Assembly (NCBI GenBank): GCA_963702845.1
Contig: OY969763.1
Coordinates: forward strand, 5,888,001 to 5,952,000
Source of the DNA: an uncultured Verrucomicrobiae bacterium
Lineage (GTDB): Bacteria; Verrucomicrobiota; Verrucomicrobiia; Limisphaerales; Palsa-1400
Length of the DNA: 64,000 bases
Direction of reading: 5' to 3'
Part shown: piece after piece, positions 39,829-48,227 of the stretch
Layout of the letters: every line of letters begins with the position of its first letter
How positions within the stretch are numbered: position 1 is the first letter of the stretch
Position numbers and translations under genes: made by a program
Notes under the pieces: model-generated
What the model was told of the DNA's origin: nothing
The model's database searches: none
The model's input: the letters and a program-made list of their open reading frames with translations, nothing else

Positions 39829-40437
39829 AGCTGCATACCATTGCACCGCTTCTGGCGAAGGCCAAGTTGGCTGGTGACCGGTCAAGGTCTCCGTTTGCCG
39901 CGGTTGCAATGCAGGGTCAAAATCGTGCATGTGCAGCAGGCTAGATGCAAGCGCCCATGTCGGCTTCGCGTCTCTTGGCATTCAATGAACATTTTTTGCA
40001 CGCGGTGCGGCAAGAAGTAGCCATGTGCTCTGCAGGCCGATTTGAGTCACGTTTGGTCCCTTTGAAGTGCAAAATGTTCGCGGAATGTTGCTACTAGTTG
40101 CTACAACCAGCTACTGGTCGCAACTTGTAGCAATATTCTGCGTCATTTTAGCAAATCGACCGGCAATTTGTAGCTGGCAACCTTGATTCACACCGCGTTG
40201 TCAAAGGCGACGCGCAGGACCAAAAAGGTTAAAAAATCCTAAATTTCGCTATTCCAGCACTGGCATTGCGGTGCGGCGGTTCGGTTTTTTAATTTAGGTT
40301 CGGTTTACCTCGGATTGCTTCGGTTTACCTTGGATTAACGATAACGCCTCAATCGACCATCAGGATTTCAAAGAACAGCGCGGGACTTCGAGTCCGCCCG
40401 AGAGCCCGTGACCGGAATACTCCGGCGGACGCTGCAT

Positions 40438-40466
40438 AGAATAGAGTGAAGAGACGACAGTGTCAA
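40438..40466 (-). promoter_or_regulatory. Sigma70-type promoter facing the hem operon
   Basis: Minus strand TTGACA (40466-40461), 17-nt spacer, TATTCT (40443-40438). Confidence 0.65.
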
Positions 40467-40738
40467 GCGGAGCGTCACTCCCGAGGGGTGAAAACTGCAA
40501 AAGGAGACAGAATCATTGACGGCTTGTTTCACAAATAGCTAGCTCCGAGAACTCAACCACCAAATCATGTACAGCACCAGATAGAAGTTAACCCGCCGTG
40601 GTAGCTTAATTAACTATCGACACTGCGCTTTTCGCTAGTCTCACCAGAAAAAACAACTTAGGAAATCGTCAGGTTTCAGTGGTCGGCCGTTCACGAATAT
40701 CAATAGTTAGGACTGACATCTGCTCCGACAAATCGGGA

Positions 40739-41170
40739 TTACCTGCCCTCCAAAACCGAACTGACCGAGGAGGACAACGCGTCGGCTTTTGTAAGGCCAA
40801 CCATCCGTTTTTCAGGTTTTCCATTCTTAAATATAATTAGAGTGGGAATGGCTTGAATCCCCAGCCGTTGCGCGGTTTTCGGTGCTGCATCAATATCCAC
40901 CTTAACGACCTTGGCTTTCCCTTCTACCCGGGTCGCAACCTGGTCAACGATCGGCGCCTGCATTTTGCATGGTCCGCACCAAGTGGCCCAGAAGTCCACC
41001 AGAACCACGCCGTTCCCGATCTCCGCGTCGAAGTTGGAGTCGTCCACCGCGCGAACACGTGTCGATGATGTGGAGGCGCCCGCTTCCTCTTTGATCTCAT
41101 GCCGTTGGCATCCCGTTGGCAACACTGCTACAACTGCCGCGACGAGCGTGATAGTTCTCAATAGTCTCAT
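40739..41170 (-). CDS. Thioredoxin with an N-terminal signal (possibly lipoprotein)
   Basis: LVDFWATWCGPCK and IQAIPTL; AGGAGG RBS before ATG 41170; leader MRLLRTITLVAAVVAVLPTGC. Confidence 0.9.
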   Translation of the reverse strand: MRLLRTITLVAAVVAVLPTGCQRHEIKEEAGASTSSTRVRAVDDSNFDAEIGNGVVLVDFWATWCGPCKMQAPIVDQVATRVEGKAKVVKVDIDAAPKTAQRLGIQAIPTLIIFKNGKPEKRMVGLTKADALSSSVSSVLEGR

Positions 41171-41441
41171 ATTTCCTCCTACGAATACATTACGGCCTCC
41201 CTGTTCCGGAGCAATTTGGAAAGTCGGCGTCTCGCCGTGTGACTTCACCGAGCTCCACCTCTCCATAGACCAAGTGTCAGTCCTACACATTTACACATCG
41301 TCAACCCCATTTTGTGGCACGGTTGTCGTCACTGCAGTCGGCAGATAGATAATTCGATTCGGCTGCATCGGCGCATAGGCGTCATCCATTCGCAAAGCAC
41401 ATTTTCGTCGCTTAGCCGGGCAGCTCTTTTATTCTGGCGCC

Positions 41442-42005
41442 GTGAAACTGTCTGTTCTGATCGCTTCCATTTTTCTGTGTGCAACCATCGGCGCGCACGC
41501 CGAAGACTTCAAGCTTGAGCCGGGCTATGTCAGCGTATTCAACGGGCAGGACCTCACCGGTTGGGGTTACCGAACGAACAATTTCGATGGCAAAATCCAA
41601 AGCGATGATGGCCGTTACTCGGCCAAAGATGACATTCTCATTGTGCATCCCCGGACACCGCGACTGGTGGAAAAATTATGGACCACGCATGAATTCGCGA
41701 AGGATTTTATCCTGAAACTGGAATTCCGCGCCGGGGTCAACGCCGACAGCGGTCTTTTCATTCGCAAACCCCAATTGCAAGTGCGTGACTATCTGGTTGC
41801 GGGTCCCTACAAGTTGCTCAAGAAATACAAACCCCAGGACTGGAACAAAATTGAGGTGATCGTGAAGGGCGGAGTCGCATATTGCACCTGCAATGGTGAA
41901 GTTCTGGAAGACGCTTTGAAAGTCCCGGCCACCGGCCCGATTGGCCTTGAAGCCGATCGCGGCCAAATGGAATACCGCCGCGTGCGCATTAAAGAACTTC
42001 CCTGA
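41442..42005 (+). CDS. DUF1080 family secreted protein
   Basis: VFNGQDLTGW, DFILKLEFR, DSGLFIR and GPIGLE. Confidence 0.85.
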   Translation: MKLSVLIASIFLCATIGAHAEDFKLEPGYVSVFNGQDLTGWGYRTNNFDGKIQSDDGRYSAKDDILIVHPRTPRLVEKLWTTHEFAKDFILKLEFRAGVNADSGLFIRKPQLQVRDYLVAGPYKLLKKYKPQDWNKIEVIVKGGVAYCTCNGEVLEDALKVPATGPIGLEADRGQMEYRRVRIKELP

Positions 42006-42476
42006 TTATTAGGCCATTCACCCAGCGCTATAGGGCTGCGTGATATTGGTCACCGCTGCCGCATTTTGATTTCGAGTTCGGGAATTGTTAACTCCTTCGT
42101 CGCGCGCTCGAGAAACTTCGTTTTTGGATTATTACCCAGGGTAGGTCCCCGTTGCCCTTACCACATCAGAACAAATTATTTTGAGGACGCTTGCTCGTGG
42201 CCCTGGGCTGAGTGCTTCAGCCCCCATTCGGGTTGGGGGAGCGGGAGCCGGAGGACGGCAAATTGCGAATTTGAGATTGGAGATTGGAGAATTGAAAAAC
42301 GGACTGGGCGGGGAGCGGTCGGAACATCGACGCTTCCGGTTCAATACATGGGTAACACTTTTGGCTTTATATTGGAGTGCGGGCGGGTCGGATAAATAAC
42401 ATGGCGCACCGGTTTTGAGCCGATGCGCCATGTTCATTCTGCTCCTGGCGTCTTTTTAAACTGGCCGATGCTCTGG

Positions 42477-42875
42477 TTAGAGCAGTTTGGCGCAGTTGCG
42501 ATCGTCAACGAAGCCGGGCAGGTTGGGCACTGGCGTTTCCGCCGCGTCCAGTAACCGCCGGCTCCGTTGGTAAACTTTGCGTTGTTTGGCGACCTGTTTT
42601 TTGGCTACCACGGCTTTTTCTTCCAACAAGGTTGGAAAAACGAGCAGGGGGTAGGGCTCCAGCCAAGCGAGCGAGGCCGCTTCGTTGGCCGCGCGCCGTA
42701 AGCGGACGGTTAAGTCCGCGGTGACGTCGCCGGCAAGGATTTGCCGGAGCAAACGCGCCTTAAGTTGTTCAAGGTCAGTCCCTTGGTTGTCGCGAAAGGG
42801 CACGGTGGTCATAGGATTAACCTCGAAACGGGTGTTTCGTGCGAATTTCGTCTTTAAATTGTCTGTCGTATTCAT
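42477..42875 (-). CDS. Hypothetical protein downstream of an attenuator
   Basis: 132-aa ORF (LRRAANEAASLAWLEPYPLLVFPTLLEEK core) preceded by a purine-rich translation-initiation region. Confidence 0.7.
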   Translation of the reverse strand: MNTTDNLKTKFARNTRFEVNPMTTVPFRDNQGTDLEQLKARLLRQILAGDVTADLTVRLRRAANEAASLAWLEPYPLLVFPTLLEEKAVVAKKQVAKQRKVYQRSRRLLDAAETPVPNLPGFVDDRNCAKLL

Positions 42876-42967
42876 TTCTGTCTCTTTCTTCTTCTTCTTT
42901 TCCGGTTTTGCTTTCGTTCGTCTTTTCCGGTTTTACCGCTTTGCTCACGCGCGCGGCTCTGTGGGTC

Positions 42968-43005
42968 AAAAAACAAAAACCCACGGTTGACTTGCAACCG
43001 TGGGC
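42968..43005 (-). terminator. Intrinsic terminator of a leader attenuator
   Basis: Minus strand GCCCACGGTTG-CAAGT-CAACCGTGGGT followed by TTTTGTTTTTT, lying upstream of ORF 42477-42875. Confidence 0.85.
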
Positions 43006-43028
43006 TTCAAAATCGTTATCTGGTCTGT

Positions 43029-43145
43029 TTAAAAATTCGATGCCACGGTGCAAGTCGATGACCAGTGCCAGGACGGCGAGATGCGCTGTTGACGCATACT
43101 TCCGAATTGGCACGGACTAGTTTTGACTGTGAACGTGACTTTCAT
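43029..43145 (-). CDS. Putative 38-aa leader peptide MKVTFTVKTSPCQFGSMRQQRISPSWHWSSTCTVASNF
   Basis: Manual translation. It starts 11 nt after a TATAAT box, contains TGG-CAC-TGG and overlaps the antiterminator strand. Confidence 0.65.
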   Translation of the reverse strand: MKVTFTVKTSPCQFGSMRQQRISPSWHWSSTCTVASNF

Positions 43146-43156
43146 TAACAGTGCCG

Positions 43157-43184
43157 ATTATACGTGTTCGTATTATATTGTCAA
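43157..43184 (-). promoter_or_regulatory. Consensus sigma70 promoter
   Basis: Minus strand TTGACA (43184-43179), 16-nt spacer, TATAAT (43162-43157). Confidence 0.85.
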
Positions 43185-43294
43185 CTGGTGCGTGGAGTGG
43201 CAGGGTGTAAGTGGTTATTAGGTCGCAGTTTGGAGATGGACTGCGAGAAACAAAAGAGCGGGTTTGAAACAGGTTTAATCTTTGGATTCTTCAA

Positions 43295-43918
43295 ATGGTA
43301 ACAACGGATTTTTTTGCTCTCCTCGAAGAGCCGCGCAGGCCGTGGGTCGAGGTTGAGCCACTCAAAGCAAAGTTTTTGGCACTCTCATCGAGGGTTCATC
43401 CGGACCGGCTCCATAACGCGAGCGACAGTGATAAACTGTTGGCGACTGACCGATATTCGGCCTTGAACGCGGCTTATAATTGTCTGCGCGAAACGAAGGA
43501 GCGGTTGGGCCATTTGCTGGAACTTGAGTTGGAGGCAAAGCCGGGGAATGTGCAGAAGATTCCGTCGGCTTCGATGGATTTGTTCATGGAAATTGGGAAC
43601 ACGTTTCGGGAGGTGGATGTGTTCCTGGCGCAAAAGGCGAAAATCACTTCGCCATTGATCAAGGTGCAGACGTTTGAAAAGGGGATGGAATGGACGGATC
43701 GGTTGAATGGGGTTCAAAAGCGGATTAATGGAAGCCGCGATGAGTTTTGCAACGAATTGCGCGGGATGAATGCGGTTTGGGAATCGGCCCCGTCGGAAGG
43801 GGCGGCCCGGGTGGAGGTGCTTCCGTTGGGGCGGTTAGAAGAGATTTATCGGGGCGTGAGTTTTATCGCGCGCTGGACAGAACAAATCCAGCAACGCATT
43901 GTGCATCTGTCGTTGTGA
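43295..43918 (+). CDS. J-domain co-chaperone, HscB-like
   Basis: DFFALL...LKAKFLALSSRVHPDR...LNAAYNCL...R..HLL J-domain with the HPD motif, plus a helical C-terminal domain. Confidence 0.8.
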   Translation: MVTTDFFALLEEPRRPWVEVEPLKAKFLALSSRVHPDRLHNASDSDKLLATDRYSALNAAYNCLRETKERLGHLLELELEAKPGNVQKIPSASMDLFMEIGNTFREVDVFLAQKAKITSPLIKVQTFEKGMEWTDRLNGVQKRINGSRDEFCNELRGMNAVWESAPSEGAARVEVLPLGRLEEIYRGVSFIARWTEQIQQRIVHLSL

Positions 43919-44017
43919 AGATGGCCAACGCAAGGGCGCGAAGAACGTCGAGGGGTCGAAGGTCGAAGGTCGAGAGCCAGAAGCATAGCCGATAGCCAAA
44001 TCGTCGATTAACAAAAC

Positions 44018-44779
44018 TTGAAAAACTTCGCCAAAAAAGCGCAACTTTTGCAGATAGCACTGCAGGGGAGCAATGGCGCAGTTGGATTGATTAGCTTTCT
44101 GTTGATCATGGCTGTGCTGCCGGTACGGGCGCAAACCTGGCAGGAGGAGTTGGCGAAGATGCCGCTGGCTCATTCGGTCACGGAACTGAATGAGAAGAAT
44201 TGCGCGGATGTGATGTTGCCGTCGCTGCGCTGGAATCCGGTGGTGAAAGCGTTGGTGTTTATGCCGGGGGCGACGGATGAGTTTTATTTTTTTCATCGGG
44301 CCAGGGCGGTTTTGACGAATGCTGCGCCGACTTTGCTGGATGCGGTTTCGGCGCTGACGAACCAGACTTTCATTGTGGCGACGTTTCGTGCGCCGTTTTT
44401 AATTTTGCATACGGCGGAGGATCCGATGGAGCCGGTCGGGATCGTGGAGGATCAGAAGACGGCGGAGCGGATTCGGCACAAGGAGTTTTCACATTTCGCG
44501 ATCTACAATGACCGTCGCTGGGATGAGATTCAGCCGATGTTACAGTTCGAATTAAATACGCGGGTGTTGCCGGGTACGAAGACACACGAGACGGCGCATT
44601 TTTTCCGGAATACATTTTGTTGCTGGGAACTGAATGGGTGGCAGATGCTCGAAGCGATGGCGATGGCGGGGAAGACGACGTTTACGGTGAAGAAGAAGGT
44701 GGTGATATTTGAGGGGGATACGCGGTTTGTGACGCGGCCACCGACGCCGGAGGGGTTTTTGTTGAAGAAGGCAAAGTGA
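44018..44779 (+). CDS. Hypothetical secreted protein
   Basis: Long ORF with a hydrophobic signal-like segment ending PVRA-Q. Start uncertain; no family recognised. Confidence 0.6.
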   Translation: MKNFAKKAQLLQIALQGSNGAVGLISFLLIMAVLPVRAQTWQEELAKMPLAHSVTELNEKNCADVMLPSLRWNPVVKALVFMPGATDEFYFFHRARAVLTNAAPTLLDAVSALTNQTFIVATFRAPFLILHTAEDPMEPVGIVEDQKTAERIRHKEFSHFAIYNDRRWDEIQPMLQFELNTRVLPGTKTHETAHFFRNTFCCWELNGWQMLEAMAMAGKTTFTVKKKVVIFEGDTRFVTRPPTPEGFLLKKAK

Positions 44780-44848
44780 AAGCGAGAGTGGAAGACGTCG
44801 CGAACTCGCGCGTCGGATCGATGGAAAGGAGTTCCGCGAATTTACGCC

Positions 44849-44899
44849 TGCCGATTTGGAAATCGGCGATACGGCAGGTTTGGAAACCTGCGATACGGG
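44849..44899. repeat. Double-hairpin REP-like element, copy 2, between convergent genes
   Basis: TGCCGATTTGGAAATCGGCGATACGGCAGGTTTGGAAACCTGCGATACGGG; matches 3082-3132. Confidence 0.85.
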
Positions 44900-45721
44900 T
44901 TAAGACGCGAGGATTTTGTCCATGCGCTGGGAGATTTGTTTGAGGCGTTCTAAGGGTTCGACGCCTGTCGGACGGTAGGCGGGTTCGGCGATGGCCCATG
45001 GGCCGTAGCCGACCTCGTCCAATGCTTTCATAATGGCGGGCCAGTCGTTGTCGCCTTCCATGTATTCGACGTTGAAGCCTTTGCGGACGCCTTGGCTGTT
45101 CTCTTTTTTCTGGCTGTATTCTTTGACGTGAATTTTTTGGATGCGTTTGCCGAGGACGGGAATCCATTGCTCGGGCCAGCCGTTGTTCATGCAGTTGCCG
45201 ATGTCGAAATGGCAGCCGACGCCGGGGCTGTTGAATTCGTCGACGAAGTGAATCATTTCCATCGGGTCCAACAGGAAATTGTTCCAAACGTTTTCGATGG
45301 CGATTCTGACGCCAAGTTCTTCGGCGAGCGGGACGGCGCCTTTGACGGCGTCATGGGCGCGTTTGTAGGCGTCGGCATAGTGGACTTGTTCATCGACTCG
45401 GCCGGCGACGCAGAGAACCGAGGTGGCGCCGTAGGCTTTGGCGTCGCGCAAGGCTTGCTTCAAAGCTTCGGTGGCGGCTTCGCGCTTTTTCGGGTCGGGA
45501 TCGGACATGGTGCGGGTGTGGTGTCCGACGGTGACGCTGGCCAGGGCGATGCCAGTGGCGTCGCGCGCGGCGAGAATTTCTTTGTGGTCCTGGTGGCTGG
45601 GTGGTTCAGCGCCGTCGAAGCCGGCCTCTTTGAGCATTTTGAATTTGTCCATCCACGACAGTTCGTCTTTGCCGGGGAAGGTTTGCATCATGAGAGCTTT
45701 TTTTAGTGCGCGCTTGGGCAT
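44900..45721 (-). CDS. Sugar phosphate isomerase/epimerase (AP_endonuc_2 TIM barrel)
   Basis: AGFDGAE, IAIENVWNNFL, HFDIGN, IHVKEY and EGDNDWPAIM. Confidence 0.88.
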   Translation of the reverse strand: MPKRALKKALMMQTFPGKDELSWMDKFKMLKEAGFDGAEPPSHQDHKEILAARDATGIALASVTVGHHTRTMSDPDPKKREAATEALKQALRDAKAYGATSVLCVAGRVDEQVHYADAYKRAHDAVKGAVPLAEELGVRIAIENVWNNFLLDPMEMIHFVDEFNSPGVGCHFDIGNCMNNGWPEQWIPVLGKRIQKIHVKEYSQKKENSQGVRKGFNVEYMEGDNDWPAIMKALDEVGYGPWAIAEPAYRPTGVEPLERLKQISQRMDKILAS

Positions 45722-45750
45722 TCGGCTAGGGTAGTTGGGAGAAGGAATTT

Positions 45751-45829
45751 TTCAACGCAAAGACGCGAAGGTGCAAAGACGCAAAGGAAGAACGGGTAAT
45801 ATTTTAAATCTTTGCGCCTTTGCGTTGAA
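45751..45829. repeat. Inverted repeat built from CGCAAAG(A/G) units
   Basis: TTCAACGCAAAGACGCGAAG...CTTTGCGCCTTTGCGTTGAA, intergenic. Confidence 0.7.
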
Positions 45830-45834
45830 CAGAC

Positions 45835-47008
45835 TTATCGGACTTTTGACACGAAGCGGTTCATGCGGTCGGCGGCTTCCTGGATTTTGTCGAGGGCGGT
45901 GGCGAAGCAGCATCTTAGAAATCCTTCGCCGCTGGGGCCGAAGGCGCTGCCGGGGACGCAGGCGACTTTTTCTTGTTCCAGTAGTTTGACGGCGAATTCT
46001 TTGGAGCTGAGGCCGGTGCTGCGGATACTGGGGAAGGCGTAGAAGGAGCCGCGCGGCAAGTGGCATTTGAGGCCCATGTCGTTCAGCGCGTTTACGATGA
46101 AATTGCGGCGGACTTTGTATTGGTCGCGCATCTCGGCCGTGTCGACTTCGCCGTATTGAATAGCTTCAAGGGCGGCTTCTTGCGAGATGATGCTGGCGCA
46201 GAGCATAGAGTATTGGTGGATGCGCATCATCGCTTCGATGATTTCGTGCGGGCCGCAGGCGTAACCGATGCGGAAGCCGGTCATGGCGTAAGCCTTGGAA
46301 AATCCGTGCAGAAAAATGGTGCGCTCTTTCATTCCGGGTAGCGAGGCGATGCTGACGTGTTCGCCTTCGAATGTGAGCTCGGAATAAATTTCGTCGGTGA
46401 TGACAAAGAGATTATGGCGCTTGGCGAGGTCGGCGATTTTTTGCAGCTCGGCGCGCGTCATGGTGCCGCCGGTTGGGTTCGTCGGGAAGTTCAGGACGAG
46501 GACTTTGCTTTTATTGGTGATGACTTTCGCGATTTGTTCGGCGGTGACGGAGAAATCGTTTTCGGCGCGGCATGACACGGCGACGGGGATGCCGTGGGTC
46601 ATGGCGATGCTGGGTGCATAGCTGACATAGCAGGGTTCGTGATAGATGACTTCGTCGCCGGGATTGATCAGGGCGCGGAAGGCGATGTCCATGGCTTCGC
46701 TGACACCCACGGCGATGAGGATTTCGTTTTTAGGATCGTAGCTGACGTGGAAATTGCTTTTCGATGCTCGCGCTGATGGCTTCCCGCAGTTTCATCAGAC
46801 CGAGGTTTGACGTGTAACCGGTGCGGCCGCGTTCTAGCGCGTAGATGGCGGCTTCGCGGATATGCCAGGGGGTGACGAAGTCGGGTTCGCCGACGCCGAG
46901 GGAGATGACGTCCTTCATCCCTTGGACGATGTCGAAGAAATCGCGAATGCCCGAGCGCGGGATGGCGCGGACGTTGTGTGCTATGAATTTGTCGGGTTCA
47001 AACGACAT
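45835..47008 (-). CDS. PLP-dependent class I/II aminotransferase; one apparent +1 frameshift near 46751
   Basis: N-part SGIRDFFD...ISLGVGEPDFVTP (46730-47008) joins YDPKNEILIAVGVSEA...NFPTNPTG, DEIYSEL and GFSKAYAMTGFRIGY in another frame. Confidence 0.9.
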
Positions 47009-47146
47009 CTGGCAAACAAAGCAGAAAAGGTGGAAAAACCAAGCTTCAAGAGGGGCTTCTTGAAAACCGGTGCTGCCGGGAATCGGCTATTTGTTTGACG
47101 GTATTTGGCGGGCTTGATAGACAAGGCACTACCAAAGAGCAAAGCC

Positions 47147-48109
47147 TTGAACCTGATTTCTATCCCTAACGCAGCACTGCACCGCAGCAGATTTTATTTT
47201 GCGGTGGTGTTGGTATTTGTTTTGTCGATGCTCTCTGCGATAGCGCAATTGGGGATTCGTCCTGGAGCGATCACTCCAGTTAGTCGCTTGTACTATCATA
47301 AAGGGCCGGTGATGAGTACGCCGACGGTTTATGTGATTTGGTACGGCAACTGGCAACAGACAAACCGGACGGATAACGCGGCCGGGCAGCAGATCATTCG
47401 TGATTTTCTTAATGCCATTGGTGGGTCGCCGTATTTTGCAATCAACAGGTCGTTGTCGAGCGGGACAAACGTGATCACTGGTGATGTTGCGTTCGGCGGA
47501 GAAACGATGGATACGGGGTCGCAAAGCAAAGTTCTGACGGATCTGAAACTGGTCCGTGTCGTAACAAACGCGATCGCGTCTGGAGCGTTGCCGAGCGATA
47601 CGAACGGAATCTATTTCGTGCTGAGTTCGTCGGATGTTTTCGAGACATCGGGTTTTTGCACTCGGTATTGCGGATTTCACAAGAACACGCGTGTCACCGG
47701 GAGCGACATTAAATATGCGTATGTGGGCAATCCGGCGCGGTGTTTGAGGAGCTGCGCGCCGCAAGTGTTGAGTCCGAACGCAAACGCTTCGGTGGATGGG
47801 ATGGTTTCTATCATTGCGCATGAATTAAGCGAGGCGACGACGGACCCGGACGGAAACGCTTGGTACGATCTTGCGCACCTGGAGAATGCCGACAAGTGCG
47901 CGTGGACCTACGGGCGACACCAATATCACGCGGCCAATCGCACCTGGGCGAATATGGGTTGGGATTATTTCGACGGCAACGGGGTGCTTTTGTATCACCG
48001 TGATTTCCTCATTCAACGGAATACGGTGCGGGTGATTACCAAGACGGGGTTGCAAGTGAACTACTGCGCGACCAGTTACGATCCGGCCACTGGTCGGTTC
48101 GAGCAATAA
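47147..48109 (+). CDS. Secreted EXORDIUM/phosphate-induced protein 1 (Phi-1)-like protein, paralogue 1
   Basis: YHKGPVM, VYVIWYGNW, IYFVLSSSDV, GFC..YCGFH, YAYVGN, PN....DGMVSIIAHELSEATTDP...AWY and ENADKC. Start uncertain (TTG 47147 preferred). Confidence 0.8.
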   Translation: MNLISIPNAALHRSRFYFAVVLVFVLSMLSAIAQLGIRPGAITPVSRLYYHKGPVMSTPTVYVIWYGNWQQTNRTDNAAGQQIIRDFLNAIGGSPYFAINRSLSSGTNVITGDVAFGGETMDTGSQSKVLTDLKLVRVVTNAIASGALPSDTNGIYFVLSSSDVFETSGFCTRYCGFHKNTRVTGSDIKYAYVGNPARCLRSCAPQVLSPNANASVDGMVSIIAHELSEATTDPDGNAWYDLAHLENADKCAWTYGRHQYHAANRTWANMGWDYFDGNGVLLYHRDFLIQRNTVRVITKTGLQVNYCATSYDPATGRFEQ

Positions 48110-48227
48110 ATCTTGGTATTTGTTTGACGGTAAGTTACGCCCTGAATAGCCTCCCCGTTGCAGCCTTGCACTGAGACAAAGAACTGAGCCACGCAATTAT
48201 CGCGTTTATATACGCTCCGGCATAACT

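Noticed and set aside
40378..40410. tRNA-like TTCGAGTCC motif
   Set aside because: No cloverleaf, D-arm, anticodon arm or CCA end can be built; it is part of the GC-rich hairpin region.
42817..43120. Track ORFs 42817-43113 (-) and 42839-43120 (+)
   Set aside because: They run through the terminator, REP arm and low-complexity UTR. The 38-aa leader in another frame explains the region better.
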